The translations under genes were made by a program, and so were the position numbers. The notes beneath the pieces were generated by a model, which searched no databases, was not told the origin of the DNA, and saw only the letters and a program-made list of their open reading frames with translations. From Bigelowiella natans CCMP2755 (taxonomy: Eukaryota; Protista; Cercozoa), in assembly GCA_000320545.1 (NCBI GenBank), contig ADNK01000103.1:1-62582 (forward strand): a DNA stretch of 62,582 nucleotides, given 5' to 3'. Position 1 is the stretch's first letter, and each line of letters begins with the position of its first letter. Positions 23,422-37,759 of the stretch are shown piece by piece.

Positions 23422-25400
23422 ATGGACGAAAATCAAGAAGCAGAGGAATTAGGCGAGGATCCCGAATCGTCGCCATCATCGTCATCATCCGGGCATCATT
23501 CTAGGCAGGTGGTTTTCAACTGGCATAAGGACAAACGATGGGTTCCAGACCCAAAACTACACCGGCAAAAGTGCACTACTCTAGCGTGTAAGTGGAGACA
23601 CCTGGATCCTAGCAGCGTCCACCTGCACCAGCACCGGAAATGGCACCCCATCAAAAAGCAGCTGCAAGGGGAAGGTAATTAATTTCTCCATTCCGAAAAT
23701 TTATTCGGTGGTCTGATGAGTTATTTTGGTTTGTTGTTGTTGGTCAGATGGAAAGGATGGGCTGCCGATAGGAGTAGCGCTCGGGATTCTCGCGAACATG
23801 TTCCTGGTGGCAATTCCGCTGCTGATCGTGTATCTCTGGACCAAGAAAAGCTCCAAGATGATAAATTCATTCCGTGGGTTCTTGCACATGAAGACGCTGA
23901 TGGTCGACTCGGCCCTCGACGACAACTCAAACTACCGTAAGGTCAACCGGATGACGGACCCTTCAAGCGCCGAGGATATTCAGAACAAGAGAAAGGTGTG
24001 GTCCTGTCACTAATGATCATTTGCGCAACAACTTCCCTGCAACCACTTACAAACAATGCCCTCTTCATCTGTGTTGTCAGTCGGGATCCCGAGGTCATCT
24101 CTTCGCTGCGATATGCGTCGTGAGCATACTTCAAGGAATTGAGGTCGCTGCCCTGGCGGCTTTCTTCCCCCCCGCTGCTCTTAAAAAGGGGGTTTCCGAG
24201 ACCATGGCCGGCATAATATTCGCGATGCGGCCCTGCGTGCAGGTGGTGTTATCCCCCATTGCAGGGAAGTACATAAAAGATGCTGGGAACCAAGGGCTCA
24301 TCCTGATAGGGGGGATGGCCCTCCTCGCGTGTGTCTACGTCCTGTTCGGCCTAGTAGAGAGCGTGCTGTCAGGGTTCGCGTTCACCTTCGTTTGCTTCGC
24401 AGCGGCGCTGATCCAGGGGACCGTGGACGCCTTCGTCAACACCGCGGCCTTCAACATCATCCTCGCCCTGTACAGCGACGACGTGGTGTACCGCATAGCC
24501 ATGAAGGAGGTCTACGACACCGTTGGGTACCTCGTAGGCACCCCCCTGGGTGGCATCTTGTACGACGCCGGCGGGTTCATGTTCCCGTTCATAATACTGG
24601 GGATCGGCATCCTCATTTCCTCGGCGGGGCTGTACGTGATCACGCCCAACGGGGGCAGCGCGCAGCAGCAGCAGCAGCAGCCGCAGCCGCCCTCCCCATC
24701 GAAGCAGGAGCTGGACCCCGTCCTCAACAACCCGCTCAAGTTTTACTTCTCCTTCCTCTCGAGGCGGACGGCCTTGATTCTCTTCTTGGGAACTGTGCTA
24801 AGCGGGGCCTCCTACCCCTTCCTCGAGACTACGCTCACGATCCACGCGCAGCACCTCGAGCTCAACACCGCCTTCACCGGCCTGCTGTTCTCGATATGCA
24901 ACGGGTTCTTCCTCGTGACGATGGCGGTGATAGGCCACGGGGATGGAGTTGGGTTGCCGCTGGCTGCGTATGGCCTGATGGGCTCCGCGATGTCGTTCTT
25001 CTTCATGGGGCCGACGCCCGTTATCCCCGTGCTGCCCCTCAACACTTCAATGCTGACGATCGCAATGGTGTTGTGCGGGGTGGCGACAGCCCTGGCCTGG
25101 CTACCGATGATGAACATGCTGCTGATCCACCTGCAGAGGAGCAGCGGCAACGGCACCGCCGCGAACGCGGCGATTGCCGGCGTTGCGAGCGTCGCAACAT
25201 CCATGGGCATCGTCCTCGGGAGCCTGCTTGGAGGCTTCCTGGCGGACGCGTTCGGATTCTCATGGGCGACCACCATATGGGCTCTGGCCTTCATCCTCTT
25301 CTTCGTGATCACGCAGACGGAAAACAAGAAGAACTACATGTTCGACCAGGGCCACAAGCAGCATCACAAGGACGTGACCTTCCCCAACCTCGGCGAGTAG
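23422..25400 (+). CDS. MFS transporter (SLC18B1/vesicular amine transporter-like) with an N-terminal extension carrying an extra TM
   Basis: About 12 hydrophobic segments in 24081-25400 (AFFP..A..KG, GTPLGGILYDAGGFMFPF, GSLLGGFLADAFGF). Upstream exons at 23422-23674 and 23747-23995 have GT/AG borders. Confidence 0.85.
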
Positions 25401-26794
25401 CTGAAAAGGAGCTCGCTGGTGCGGTATTCTGGAGAGGGGAATGGAACCCCAGAGGAGGGAGTAGAGTGTGCGGTTTTGGGGGGGTGGGGGGGCACCAAAC
25501 GATAAACTTTCCTTGTCAAGTTTAAGGCTAGGAGATATGCGGTGACTGGCGATGCGTGCGATGGCAAGTTTTTCCGACGAAGATTGAGTAGCGGATCGAA
25601 GCAATAGCGGATCGATATTTTTCTCCGAAGTTTAGTGGGTTGTATTCATGTCCAATATGTACATGCATGCATAGCCTAGCTAGCTAGTTCGCCAGTATTA
25701 TTAATGTTATTATTTCTGATAAAGGTAGCAATCAGATGCTCGAGCACGTTTGAAATATGATGCATGAGCCTTGGCGTGTCGGCTTATATGCACGCATATA
25801 AAGGCCTGCGCAGTTATATTATAATACTATGTGCATCATAGTTTGTTCGCAATGCAAGTAGCGCTGTGTATGCGCTTCAACTCTAGCAGCCACGATATGA
25901 CGCTGCTGCTTGTGGCGCTCGGTTTGTTCGTGCACTCCGCGGGTGAGCGCGACATACTGTATAACTGCGCTAGAAATGTCAAGGATATAGCGATAACTTT
26001 ACGCTAACCAGAAACCTATACGCACCTAACACAAGCTAGCAAGTGCATTCTTGCTCCGACAACACACTCTGGCGGAATTAAGCGCTATCAGCAACAAAAA
26101 GCACATCATGTTGTACTTAGTACGTGCAACATGATGACCACAGCACGTGCATACATGCCTCCTGCTGTCTATCTAATCCGTCTTTGTGCTGGTGTAGGCT
26201 TTTGCTTCAGATTTAGTGGCAGTCTTTGTGTAGCACTAGCTCGCTCCTAAGTATATACACATGTGCGTACGTAGTCCAAGATTTTGCACCAAGTAAATGT
26301 AATCCCTTCATTGTCATAGATCTCACACTGACATCGAGGGAGGGGGGGATGATATAAGATCACATGCGAGCGTAGAAATGCAGTAGAATGCTAGGGTACA
26401 GACTAGACTGAATGTAAGATCTACCTTTTTCATCCAAGTTTGATACAACATCTTCCAATTTACCCTCCAATTTACCCTGTAAGAAGAACGTATTTCACGA
26501 GGTATGCGATGATGCTGAATGCTATGCGCTGTACGCGTGCCCCTCATTAAAATCAAGCACATGCAGCAAGTCAAGTATCTACAAATCGATTTACTCCATC
26601 AAAACGACTCGAGGAAGATCAAGGAAAATGCATTGGCAGCTGATAGCTACGGCCACTCACTGCATCCGTTCCGTCATCCCAAGCCGATGTGCCTCGCGTC
26701 GCCCTCAGGACGCGTTTCCTCCTACAGAAAAGAGCACGCAAGTCGCATCAACGCCTTTTCAGCGATTCGTGCAGTCGCATCAGATCAGGTTGGA

Positions 26795-27337
26795 CTAGTC
26801 TCGCCCTAATCCGTTTTGTGTTGGCGAGACGACGAAGTACCTCTCGAGCGCTTTTCTGGCGGACTCCACCTCTTTCACATGGAAGTGGCACAGGGCCGCC
26901 CTGCCATATATCGCCGCTTTTCTGAACCAGTACCTATGAGCAGCATTCGCCCCATAGTACGCGCAAGCCAAGCATGTTAAATGATGGATGATGAAAACAG
27001 TGTCAAGCTCTCTGCTGCCCTCCTCCCATGGCCGACGGTACATGACGATATATTCATTGGGGTGAGGCAGTAGATCCATGTTTTGCTGTAACGTAACTAA
27101 ACGATAAGAGAGGCAGTAGCAGCACTACTAGAAACATGAATAATCGACCGCCTTCCGAATCGCAGATTCTTTTGTTCCCCCACCCTTCTTAATTTTAAAG
27201 TCAATAGAAGGAGGCAGGCAACAACCTAGGGTAAATCGTTTCTGCGATGGCGAGCAGCTCCGCCAGGTACTCAAGCGCTTCTTGATGCTAACAACACACA
27301 AACGAAATATTCAGGGGGAAAGAGGAGCGCGAGGAAT

Positions 27338-27378
<41 letters not shown>

Positions 27379-27887
27379 GATAAAAAACACCTTCCCTGCC
27401 CCTCGGCCTCCCACCCCCCTCCGTTCTCCTTCCATGAAGTAGAAAACACATACCTTGTTGTTCCCAATGAGCACGTCCACGACAAAATCCAGAATAATCA
27501 TGATCTTCGGGTGGTTTGGAGAGCAGTGCAAGCGAGCCTATATTTGAGAAACAGAATCCAGTTATATCCCGTACATAAAGCATTGACCCAGTCCATAAAA
27601 GACGTCGTGGTGATACGGCTAGTGAGAGGGGATTACGCACTTGTTGCAAGAATTGCTTTGCCAGCTTCAAGGAACCCTCGAAGCTTGGTGTTGGCAATGT
27701 CGCGACCCCCATCGCTGTATTTGTGGATCCGCTACCCCCAGCTACACCCTTGCGCTCGGAAAGATACATATTCTGCACATCCGCGAAGATCTGATGACAA
27801 GACACAATCGTCACGCTTCCAGCGGTGAAGGGAGGGAGGGAGGGAGGGAGAAGAAAAGAAAAGGAATCGAGGAGAGGAAGAGAGAGC

Positions 27888-27937
<50 letters not shown>

Positions 27938-28078
27938 TTATCGAGTGTCCGTCGTACATTGCTACGGTCTTCTAATTATACATATCAAAGAGGAGTGATA
28001 AGAAGAAAGGTTAGGTAATCAAATACGTTGTTATAGGTGGAGAGCATATATTTTCTTGTTAGCATTTAAAAACATATT

Positions 28079-28116
<38 letters not shown>

Positions 28117-29265
28117 TAATAATAGAAATAGTGAGATTCGTTTCTGCTCCCTGATGATAAAACCACCCACGTCTCAGGAGTAACTATTTTTATTAATCAG
28201 AATTTCTCTGCCTGGATTCTTGGGTCTCGAGTCTCATAATATCACTTCAAGCCACCACCACTCACAATCGATATTGCCAAGAAGCATACCAACGCCAGGC
28301 CCACCTTCCTCCTCATCGTTTTCGTTTCTCTTCCACTCTGGGCCCGACTTGTCCAAACGGTTATCCTCTACTGCGTCGTCGGCCATGAGGAAGTTTCGCC
28401 TATTAGAAAACAGTATCAATTGATGTTCGTTGTCTTTGCTTGGCAGGCCAGCCCAGCGCCGCAAAGACAATGGCGTCGGCCAGACGAAGACTGGTCTTTG
28501 TTGCAACGAAGTACGATAATAAGATTAAAGGTGGGAAAAAACAGAGAAGGTTCTCAGAATTCTGACGGCGTCGAGAATAACACCCTCGATGATGGATGTT
28601 CATCCTGGCCTCGTCGAGCAGAAATTATATTGATTGTAAAATATACTATGGCGGAGGACATTAGCTTGATGCTTCGTTGCTTCTTGTAGTCGTTCAAAGC
28701 CACGTAAGAGATGCACACCTAAATTGAATGGAACAAATGGATCAAAAAAGAGTGGGAAAAGAATGCGGTGCTGCTGGGTCCCAGGCTTCCAAGAAAGCAC
28801 TGATTCGCGTACAAGCATGGCAGTGAAAAGATGTATCAGATAAGTTTTGGCAAGAACGGTCTAAGAACGATCTTTCGCCTTGCCAGATCCACCATCGCTA
28901 CTACGTGTTTCTTTTATGAATTTACTACAACGAGATGTGCGACCTCTTCCCCCTTTGCTATGTACCGTATTGCTCGGACCTACGTGTATAGCACGAGCAA
29001 CAGCGTTCAAGTGAGAGGGTGAGGAGGATGCTGTCGGCAGCACACAGCTGGCTGGTCATTTGTAGATTGCTATACAACCTCGAGGATATCTCCCTTGATC
29101 ACGTAAGCAGTATTCGGATTGCAGGAATGGTTAAAGAACCCGCCCAGCATTGGCAAGAAGTCTCCAATCTACCAAGAGTGGTACATTTTCAAGCTTGTCA
29201 TGTGGAAGATGCCGTGGATGCACATAAAGTGAGAAGAACGCTTTCTTCCCCGCTCCTTTTAATAT

Positions 29266-29336
<71 letters not shown>

Positions 29337-30229
29337 TTATGTTCCTACAGAATTAGTCTTCGTCTGGCCATAGTCACGCATCTCTCTCCCTTCATCTCTA
29401 CCTTCACTTTCTCAGGATCATCATAGATTCCCATCAGATTTTGGCGGAAAACACACATTAGCACCAGTACCACGGTCTTGGAGCTAATTTTTGAAACTTC
29501 CTGAAGTTGTCGTGGGAAAGAGGAAATGGCCATTAGGTAATAGCGGCGAGCGTTTTTGACGAGCGCACGTAGGTGCATATAAGTAGATTACGAATGCATT
29601 TTAGATGGGGAAATGTACAGTTTCTTCGTGGTAAATGAGTAGGGCGTGTGCAGCATGCCGCGCTATCAGAGCGTCATCATGATATCTGACCTCCATGCAA
29701 TGGAGGTAGAGACGGCCAGCTTTCTCCTTGGATAGCGACGTGCAGATGTCCTCGGAAGCCCTTTTGTAAGCCTCTCGTTCACGCTCGCATACCTTAAATA
29801 TACGTCGACAAAGGTACAAATAGGGAGCGAGGATTTCATAGCATCAGGGCCGTTTTACCACTTTCGCCGAATGCACAAAATTTGAAGAAAACATGCGAAA
29901 ATCAGTCGGATCTACAGTTGCTCATATAGTAGCCATTACAACCCAGTTTTCGGGGTTTTCCCTGCAGCCTTTTATGTTGGCAGGGTAGAGGCACAGTACC
30001 TAGGTGGTATTTGTTATTCATTGTGAGCTCCATTTCAAGACGACTACTTGAACAAAGCAGCACCCCGGAGAAAACGATGACCAGAGGAAATCATTACAAA
30101 TCCCACCTTCTTCAGCACACGGGTGAATGTCCCAAGAGAAAGATTGAGATTGAAAAGCAAGTGGCTCACAGCATCTATGATCGTGTTCGGTGGGCCACCT
30201 GAAGAACGGACACGAATTTCTCAACACCA

Positions 30230-30264
<35 letters not shown>

Positions 30265-30900
30265 AAACCATGGCGTGTTTCTACCACTTTTGCTCTTGAA
30301 AGAAACCCCTGCTTCTCGCAGTAGAACCTATTTATTCACAATGATTGTTGTCTGAATCCTTGGCGTTTTTGGCTCACACGCCTTTCCGAATGTGCGCGTG
30401 CGTATGCGTGTGCGTGTGCCAACAAGTTGCACAACGAGCATGATAGTCAGCTATTCGCAGGCCCGCATCATTTCACTATCGATGTACTACAATTGGCAGT
30501 GACTGATAAAATACCTCAGATACTTTGAGATCTTTTTTGGCAATCCAACCGCGCCCCTTGCCCTTCTCTGGAGGGCCTACTTGTTCGAGGCTCAGCGCAA
30601 GCTTGGACAACTCTCCGTCAAACAGGGAACGGATGTTGGCAAGAGAATTGGTGTCGGGGTCTAGCCAGAATATGCGCGATAAAGTGTAAAAAATCATTAG
30701 TCTTCGCCCTCGACGGAGGTGCCTCACTCATCGCATGGTTACATTACGATTGTGCCAATTGAGCTGTGAGATTGACTTCAGCGTGCATGTACGTGTGAAA
30801 TGTTTTATTACATAATATTATCAAAATTTACGTATGATCGTTAGATAATTGTGAAATCAATCGATAGGGGAGAAAAGGATCGGTACTTTTCGCTGACTTC
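26795..30900 (-). CDS. SMYD-type SET-domain lysine methyltransferase, multi-exon; extent approximate
   Basis: KGKGRGWIAKKDLK (SET-N, 30.53-30.57 kb); RQNLMGIYD; FFNHSCNPNTAY (about 29105-29140); VRAIRYIAKGEE; helical C-terminal exons down to 26795. Confidence 0.75.
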
Positions 30901-31410
30901 ATGGTAGCTCTCCTCCTCTTAGGCTCTTGGGCCGGGAAAGCTGTGTAGCAACTCCTGCCTCCCTGATGCCGTAACCAAGTGCTTACTGTGACTCAGATAG
31001 AGATGATGATACTAGTCGCAAGGGTGAAGATCGGGATGTAGGAGCGACAGTGGACATGTGCTCTGGTCGGGGCACGGTTGTGGGTAGGATTGAGAGAGAG
31101 AGAGAGAGCGAGAGAGAGAGAGCTTCTTCCGAACGGTAACGCCCGATGAGAGGATCAGTAATGTCCGTTTCAACAACTACTTCATCAGTTTTAGAAAAAA
31201 TGTAATGCGATTTCACCCTGCGACAAAGCCACACCTCATATCTGTCGGGGTGAAGGAGGTTTGCTAATTGTCGCCGTTGCAATATGGATTACGACTTGAG
31301 AATTATGTTGTCGTACTATCAAAAAGGGACACCTTAGGCATCATCATCCTCATGTCGCACCGTGAGTCGCATAGAAAGGCCATCGGTCTATCTGCGGAGC
31401 CGTCTCAACG

Positions 31411-33427
31411 ATGCTGCCTCTCCTTCGGATCGCCTTAGTATGCATGGCCGTACACTGCACTGGAGGCTCTTCGGTGAATGAGAATCCATTGCAAGTGGAC
31501 ACGGAAGAAGGGCCAGTCCTTGGTCATTACATCGGAACTGGGTCTGTGCGCGTAAGGGAGTTCCTCGGTATCCCTTATGCATCCCCACCGGTCGGGAGCC
31601 TGCGCTTTGCACCCCCTGAACCCGCAAAGAACCGCTCGGGACAAGTGTACAATGCAAGCTTCATGGCACCTATGTGTCCTCAGAATGTGCAAGTACCAGC
31701 AATTGAAATGTCGGAGGATTGCCTATATCTTTCCATCTATACCCCAGCCATCATAGGCGCGGAGCCTCTTCCCGTATTCTTTTGGATATATGGAGGAAGC
31801 TTCCTCTACGGTGGCGGAGCTGGCTATGGATGGGGAACGTTGGAAGGTTCGAAGATTTATAATGGCTACACGCTGGCACCACAAGGTGTAATTGTGGTTG
31901 CGATAAACTATCGAGTTGGCGCTCTTGGGTTCCTCAAATCGGCCGACATGACCGGAAACTATGGGTTCTCCGACCAACGCCTTGCCTTAGAATGGGTTAA
32001 CCGTAACATTAAAGCTTTCGGGGGCGACCCGTCGCGCATCACAATCGGTGGTCAATCCGCGGGAGCTCAGAGTGTGCTTGCACACCTGGCCTCTCCCCTT
32101 TCACGTCCCCTGTTTTCTCAGGCCATAATGGAAAGTGCACCCATCGGGCTGCCTTTCCACAACAATGTGACTGCCGACAAAGTTGCCGGTGAATTCGCTA
32201 AGTATTTGGATTGTAGTCCGGGAAATCTGACATGTCTCCGCCTCCCCGACGTCGCAACGGTGCTAAAGGCGCAGGGCTACGCGGAAGAAAACAGCTTTGA
32301 CATCTTCGATATACTCAAGGACTTCGAGGCCTTCAATCCCACCGTTGACAACGAACAGCTTCTCACACAGCCCTTCTTCACTCTAAACTCGCTGCTCCCG
32401 CCATCGGAGACCAAGCCGTTGCTAGCTGGTAGTAACCTGAACGATGCGCTCGAGTTCGTGTACGCCGAGTTTCCTCTCCCTGAAGGCCAGATCTCTACCT
32501 ACGGGATTCTCGTGGATACGTATGGGTTTGGTGATGCCCCAGGGGTCTCCCAAACATACCCCTTTTCCGCCCCAGACGGGAGGGTGAACGTGTCCCGGGC
32601 AAGTACAGACATGCTGTTCTACTGCGCCTTGAGAAATATTTCAAGAGGGAAGCCGTATAGCGATGCTCAGAGTTCTGCCCCTGCGTTCTTATACAGGTAT
32701 TTCCTGTACCTAACGTACAAAAATTAACATTTTGTCTAGACATTCAAGCCGAAGCTCTCTTAATTTTCCATAATGGAGTAGTGCGCGAAAAGAAAGGCCT
32801 ATGCACCGCCAGATATTTAGAGGAACTGTTGATTATTATTTTCAGATGGGAACATGTGCCGTCGTACAAAACCGATGAGACCAGCTTGCCAGAGTGCTAC
32901 ACTAAAGGTTCTGTTCGATGACGGAGGGCGTTAGCCTTCTCTCTCCATGCAACTTCATGTATGTATATTGCATGTGCGATTGCTCTCTCCTAATTCCCCC
33001 CTCTCCTATTACACTCTCACTCATTTGAAGACTAGAGTTTCACCGTTGTATGCTTTGTTTAGTTTGCCACGGGGATGAATTGAGGTTTGTTTTCGGTAAT
33101 TTTACTGGGCCAAATGGGACTTTTGCCATCTCCCCGTTTGAAGAATCGCTAACGAAAAGTGTGCAGAATTACTGGGTAAATTTCATCAAGTATGGCAATC
33201 CCAATGGCGCGACTGTGTACAATAATAGAAGGAAAAGCAAAATTATTGCAAATACGAAGCGGGAGAGAAGCGGCGCTCCAGAGATTGAATGGCCTCAATA
33301 TGTTCCTGCAGACGATGCGATCATGGTCTTCTCTGACACTATCGGTCCTTTGGCGTCGATTGAAGCTAGCCAGTGCGAAAATTTGTGGGATCGCATAGGT
33401 TACTTGCGAAGACATATGAAAATATAG
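31411..33427 (+). CDS. Secreted type-B carboxylesterase/lipase (cholinesterase-like), 3 exons
   Basis: Signal peptide; FLGIPYASPPVGSLRF; SEDCLYL; WIYGGSF; NYRVGALGFL; GQSAG nucleophile; CHGDEL (His); WVNFIKYGNPNG. Confidence 0.95.
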
Positions 33428-34169
33428 GTTGAAGATTTGCTTCTCTCTAGAATTACTCTAGCACTGTACGTCTAGCTAAAGCTGTGGCCTACACTAGTGA
33501 ATGCATTCAAACACTTTAACTTCTTCAAAATGAAGCTTTCCCTTTATTTCAAAACTTTGCGAAATTACACCAGATAGCCAGCTCCTGCGTAAGCTCTCAT
33601 CTAGCTAGCTAGTCACACCATTACGGCCCGTCTAGCGAATGTACTGCACTCCTATTGATTCTGTGTTTTGCAGCAAATTCTCTAGCTCTTAATTTAGACC
33701 GGCGTGCACATGTACCTAGATAGTGACTAGCTAGCTAGGTGAGCCAAGTGACAATAGCTGCTAAATGAGCGTCCTTACGCACAAACAATTGTAAAACTCA
33801 GTTGAGCGTGCGGCATTAATTAACTATGTTATTCATACAACCGCCTGGTATCGCATTTTAAGGATGGAGGTTATTCTGCAAACCTAGAAACGTTATGCTG
33901 GCTTATAATAGCATGTGTTGTAAACAGTGCAAAATTGCATTGTTCAAATGCGATGATAATTGTACGTAGAACATAATTGTGTGAAGCCACGTGCATGCAA
34001 CTATAACCTTCGTTCACGCCACGTGCAATACAGTAAATTAATACGCATAATAATCGACCCATTAGAAGTCTATGATCAAGGTATCTCCTAAATTTGAGTC
34101 GTTATTTCCGTGTTGTACCAAACTCTTCATTGCCATTAGACCGCCAGTATGTTGTGAGTAGATAGATTT

Positions 34170-36000
34170 TAATGCTCCTTTTCGTAGCAATGTCGCAAGA
34201 TAAGTTCGAGCTTGCGAAACTTCAGACTTTGTATAAACCTAATTCGGAAATTAAAATTCTATCTGCATGCGATGTATGTAGTTGTAGAAACCAATGGGGG
34301 ATTATATGTTCTAGTCATTACCTCAGAATCAAAAGATTGTATAGTCAAACTTTTTGATAGTATTACATCCAGAAAGTTCACTGTCAACGTGTCACTAGAG
34401 GACATAGCTTTGGTATCAAGAGTATTCCGGCCGTAACATATTACTCGTCCTTTAGCAAATACCATTTAATTTCTAAGCTTTCTCGTAAATAATCTGATAT
34501 ACCATATTTCTTCATGACTTTTAGCACATCATTGAAGTACTCATTCTGCCCACAATTGAAAAAAATATCCGCACTCTTGCCGACCATTTTCTAAGTATTG
34601 TGACGTTTAGGAGATTGAGAGCAAACTCAAGTAGTAAACCATTATCCAAAATATTGCCTCTAGTAGTAAGTTTGGTCGTCTGCTCCCAGTCAAAAGAATG
34701 GGAATAACATCTTTGACTTCTTTCTCTATCCACTTCAAAGAAGCAGCAGAATCTAAGATAGATACTATGTTCTGAAACTTGTAAACATCTTCGATAAGAT
34801 TTGTTACCGGAAATAGCGAACACTTTTTTGCATTTTAGCTTTAGAAGCTTTATCAAAGAGTAAGAAAAATTATATTTAAATCAATAGATACAAATATAGG
34901 TAGTGATGGGACAATGTTGCATACCTGCGCTGCAAGTATACCAGCGCTTCCAGTGCCTAGAGTTACCACCGCGACATCCGATTCCTACCAAGAATTCATT
35001 TACTTTATATGAATCCATATCGGAGAAGGGGTAACGTTATCTGAATCGTCCATACTGTTGGGACAGCTATCTTTTGAATGGAAAGGTATACAGAAATCCC
35101 AGGATACCCTAAACTTTGAGCGAAAATGGTATAGTATTGCATATTGCATACAAATGTTTTGGAGAAAACAGCCGTGATATTAGTATTGTGAGATGATAAT
35201 CATACTAAGGTTATGATAATGGCATTAGTTGAAATAACATTGTACTACCTTGTCAAAAGGTCACCGCATGTCAGAACTTTCAAGTCAACACCCTCCACAG
35301 AATCCCTTGTTGAGTTTATATTTCCCCAATTCATAAAGTTTACACCGAATAAAAAGTAGTACGAGCACTGTCATAAAGATGGTCCCAAGAGGTATATGTA
35401 CGTAAGGTCACATGGTCAATGAAAAAAATAAAACCCAGATATCTTATTGAGGTCTTGGAATGGCATGTAGCCATAAATTCTGTCTCCAATTTCATATTTA
35501 AGATGCCTTGTCTTCACAACTTCCTTATATGAATTAGTCGAACTTACAATATATCTTAGGAGCAAAAATTGACATGCTAACCCCAATAACGTTTCCAAAT
35601 ATCTTATGACCAGGCTGCAGCAAAAAAAAAAGTTTTCATGATCACGCTTCGAATGGAATTGTTATTTTCTATTACTTTCATTGTAGAGTCGCTAGCTGTA
35701 CTCCAGCGTCCGTCGTTGTCAAGGGAATATGCCATTATGTCTGCATTTATTGCGATAATTTTCAAAATTACCTAGAAAATTAATTTTCAGTACTAATCCG
35801 ATGCCATAATTATTGTAAAGTACCATTCCGTCATCACCATTCACACTAAGATCTGGAGATGATACTCGATCGATACGAACCAAGGATTTGCCTATCCGAT
35901 TTGAGATTGTTGATTTGTCAAGAAAACAACATAAATTGCTCCTGCCATCATCAATCGCTATCGCCCTTGACCTGAAACGTTGAGGAATCATCTTTATGCT
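34170..36000 (-). CDS. Divergent prostaglandin-reductase/MDR-family (NADP oxidoreductase)-like coding region; possibly fused to the LIM exons or degenerate
   Basis: Exon fragments SLVRIDRVSSPD..NYGIG, EVVKTRHLKYEIGDRIYGYMPFQD, LGYPGISVYLSIQKIAVP, DVAVVTLGTGSAGILAAQ and LLKLKCKKVFAISG follow the PTGR1 motif order. Confidence 0.55.
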
Positions 36001-36080
36001 ACTTTTTATTCGAGAGCACTTTCAATCATTAAATCGTCAATTCTATGGCTGTTCTATTTCGTATAATACACTTTTTTTGG

Positions 36081-37400
36081 TTACAGGAAGCACCTAAATA
36101 CTTCTTCCTTCGAACTCTCCTGTTCAAAGTTCTTGGAATTATTTTCTTCCCACGCAATATTTTTCTGGCTTGAATTCTTCATTGATTCTTCACGCAATCT
36201 TTGGCGTAAAGTCTCTTTACTTTTATCGGAAGAGGTTTGCTTCATAGTGGTTATGGAACTCCTTTTCGGCTTGGTCCCCTTGAATTCTATAGTCTTTTGA
36301 TGTTGATCATGCTGATTCTCACTGAAACTTGGTTTTGAATTTTTCTTTTTAAACTTCAGAGTTCGTGCATTTGAGTCTGGAAGAGTCAAAGGAGTTTCCT
36401 TTTTAGACTTTGGTTGGACTGCAAATTTCCCCTTCCTTTCACTAAACGGGATCGACTTGTCTCTCAGATCATTAAGAGAAAACCGTCTTTGAAGCCTTGC
36501 TACAACGCTTTCTCCTGACTTGTTTGATAACTGTTTTTCTGTTTGTGATCTTTGTCTTGTGAAATTGGGTACAGTATAGATCTCCACTGCATGGAAGGTA
36601 AGAAAAATTATTGAGAAAAATTCTATTTTTCTAATTTAGAAATCTGATCATAGGAAAGTCACCTCATCATTGCAACACTTTTAGGCTGGAGGACGCTGTT
36701 ACATTGAAGACACCGGAAGCATTGCTTGTGATATGTCACACCTGCACAACAATCTTACTAGTCAACAATTTACTTGCTAAGAAAAGTTTTCTACCATCCC
36801 ATACAAGCTTTTCCATTTGATATACAGATTTACTGCATACGAAGCATTTTGGAGCAACGTTGAATTTCAGTCTCGGCTACGCAAACGCACATATCCAGTA
36901 CGAATCAGAGGGGGTAACAACTGGATAGTTCATCATCTTATACCATTATTTTATTGATCGATTCGCGCCAAGGATAAATCTTTGACTTCCACTTTTGACG
37001 TGACACCTACAGGTACGAAACTACGAAACAGGTATGGGCGAAGGGTGAGCACGCAGCAGATTATCCAAGCAGCAGAGACTGCGTACTGGGAGAAAAGCTC
37101 CATTAATCTGCAGGCTGTTTTCTAGTCACGACAATGTTTCTTGTGCAACAAAACACATTGCAAAATGTCGGTGTCGGTTGGTTCTACAGCCGACAAAATA
37201 AATCCATCGCCCGAGGCTATTTCTGCAACATTTTCCTTCGCAGTGCCTCGTTTCCAACACCCATCGTATTTGCTGACTGTGTACTGGCATTTAATGTTAT
37301 CCGACAACGCATTGATGCAAATATATGTGGTAAACGGACCCTTGGCACGTTAAAATAGCAAAATATCCTCTCGACCAAAACTTACTTTTGCAGTGGGTAC
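36081..37400 (-). CDS. LIM-domain-containing exons plus a Lys/Ser-rich segment
   Basis: KCFVCSKSVYQMEKL (36.81-36.85 kb) spliced to YHKQCFRCLQCNSVL (36.69-36.74 kb), then GDLYC. Confidence 0.7.
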
Positions 37401-37759
37401 GGGTGGCAGAGAATAAAAACGATGAGTGCAGGGAGTTTTCCCTCATACGAAGAGGACGACAACAAATCCTGGCAAGAAAAAGCTATGTTCACATCGTTGG
37501 TAGTCTCGGTCATAAATCTCAATTGATTCATTCCTCAACAAAAGGTCTCTCCCCTCCCCTTGTGAGTGAGAAGCTCTCCGTGTAGCGGGAAAATTTGTTG
37601 AATCGTCTCCAACTAACAATAGCAATGATACTTTTTTGCTAAGCTTTGTATCACTCAAATTACTCATTATTCTGAAACGCGTAGAACGTTTACATCATAC
37701 GATCAATAAAAAACCGCCGAATTTCACTTTGCAATTTGTTGATCTATCAGAATTCCGCC

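Noticed and set aside
24329-25525. 398-aa overlapping ORF (and antisense 24812-25327)
   Set aside because: Arg/Pro/Gly-rich shadow frames of the high-GC3 MFS gene.
28234-28386. GMLLGNID resembling the TAF1 N-terminus
   Set aside because: No other TAF1 motifs; it lies within the span of the SMYD gene.
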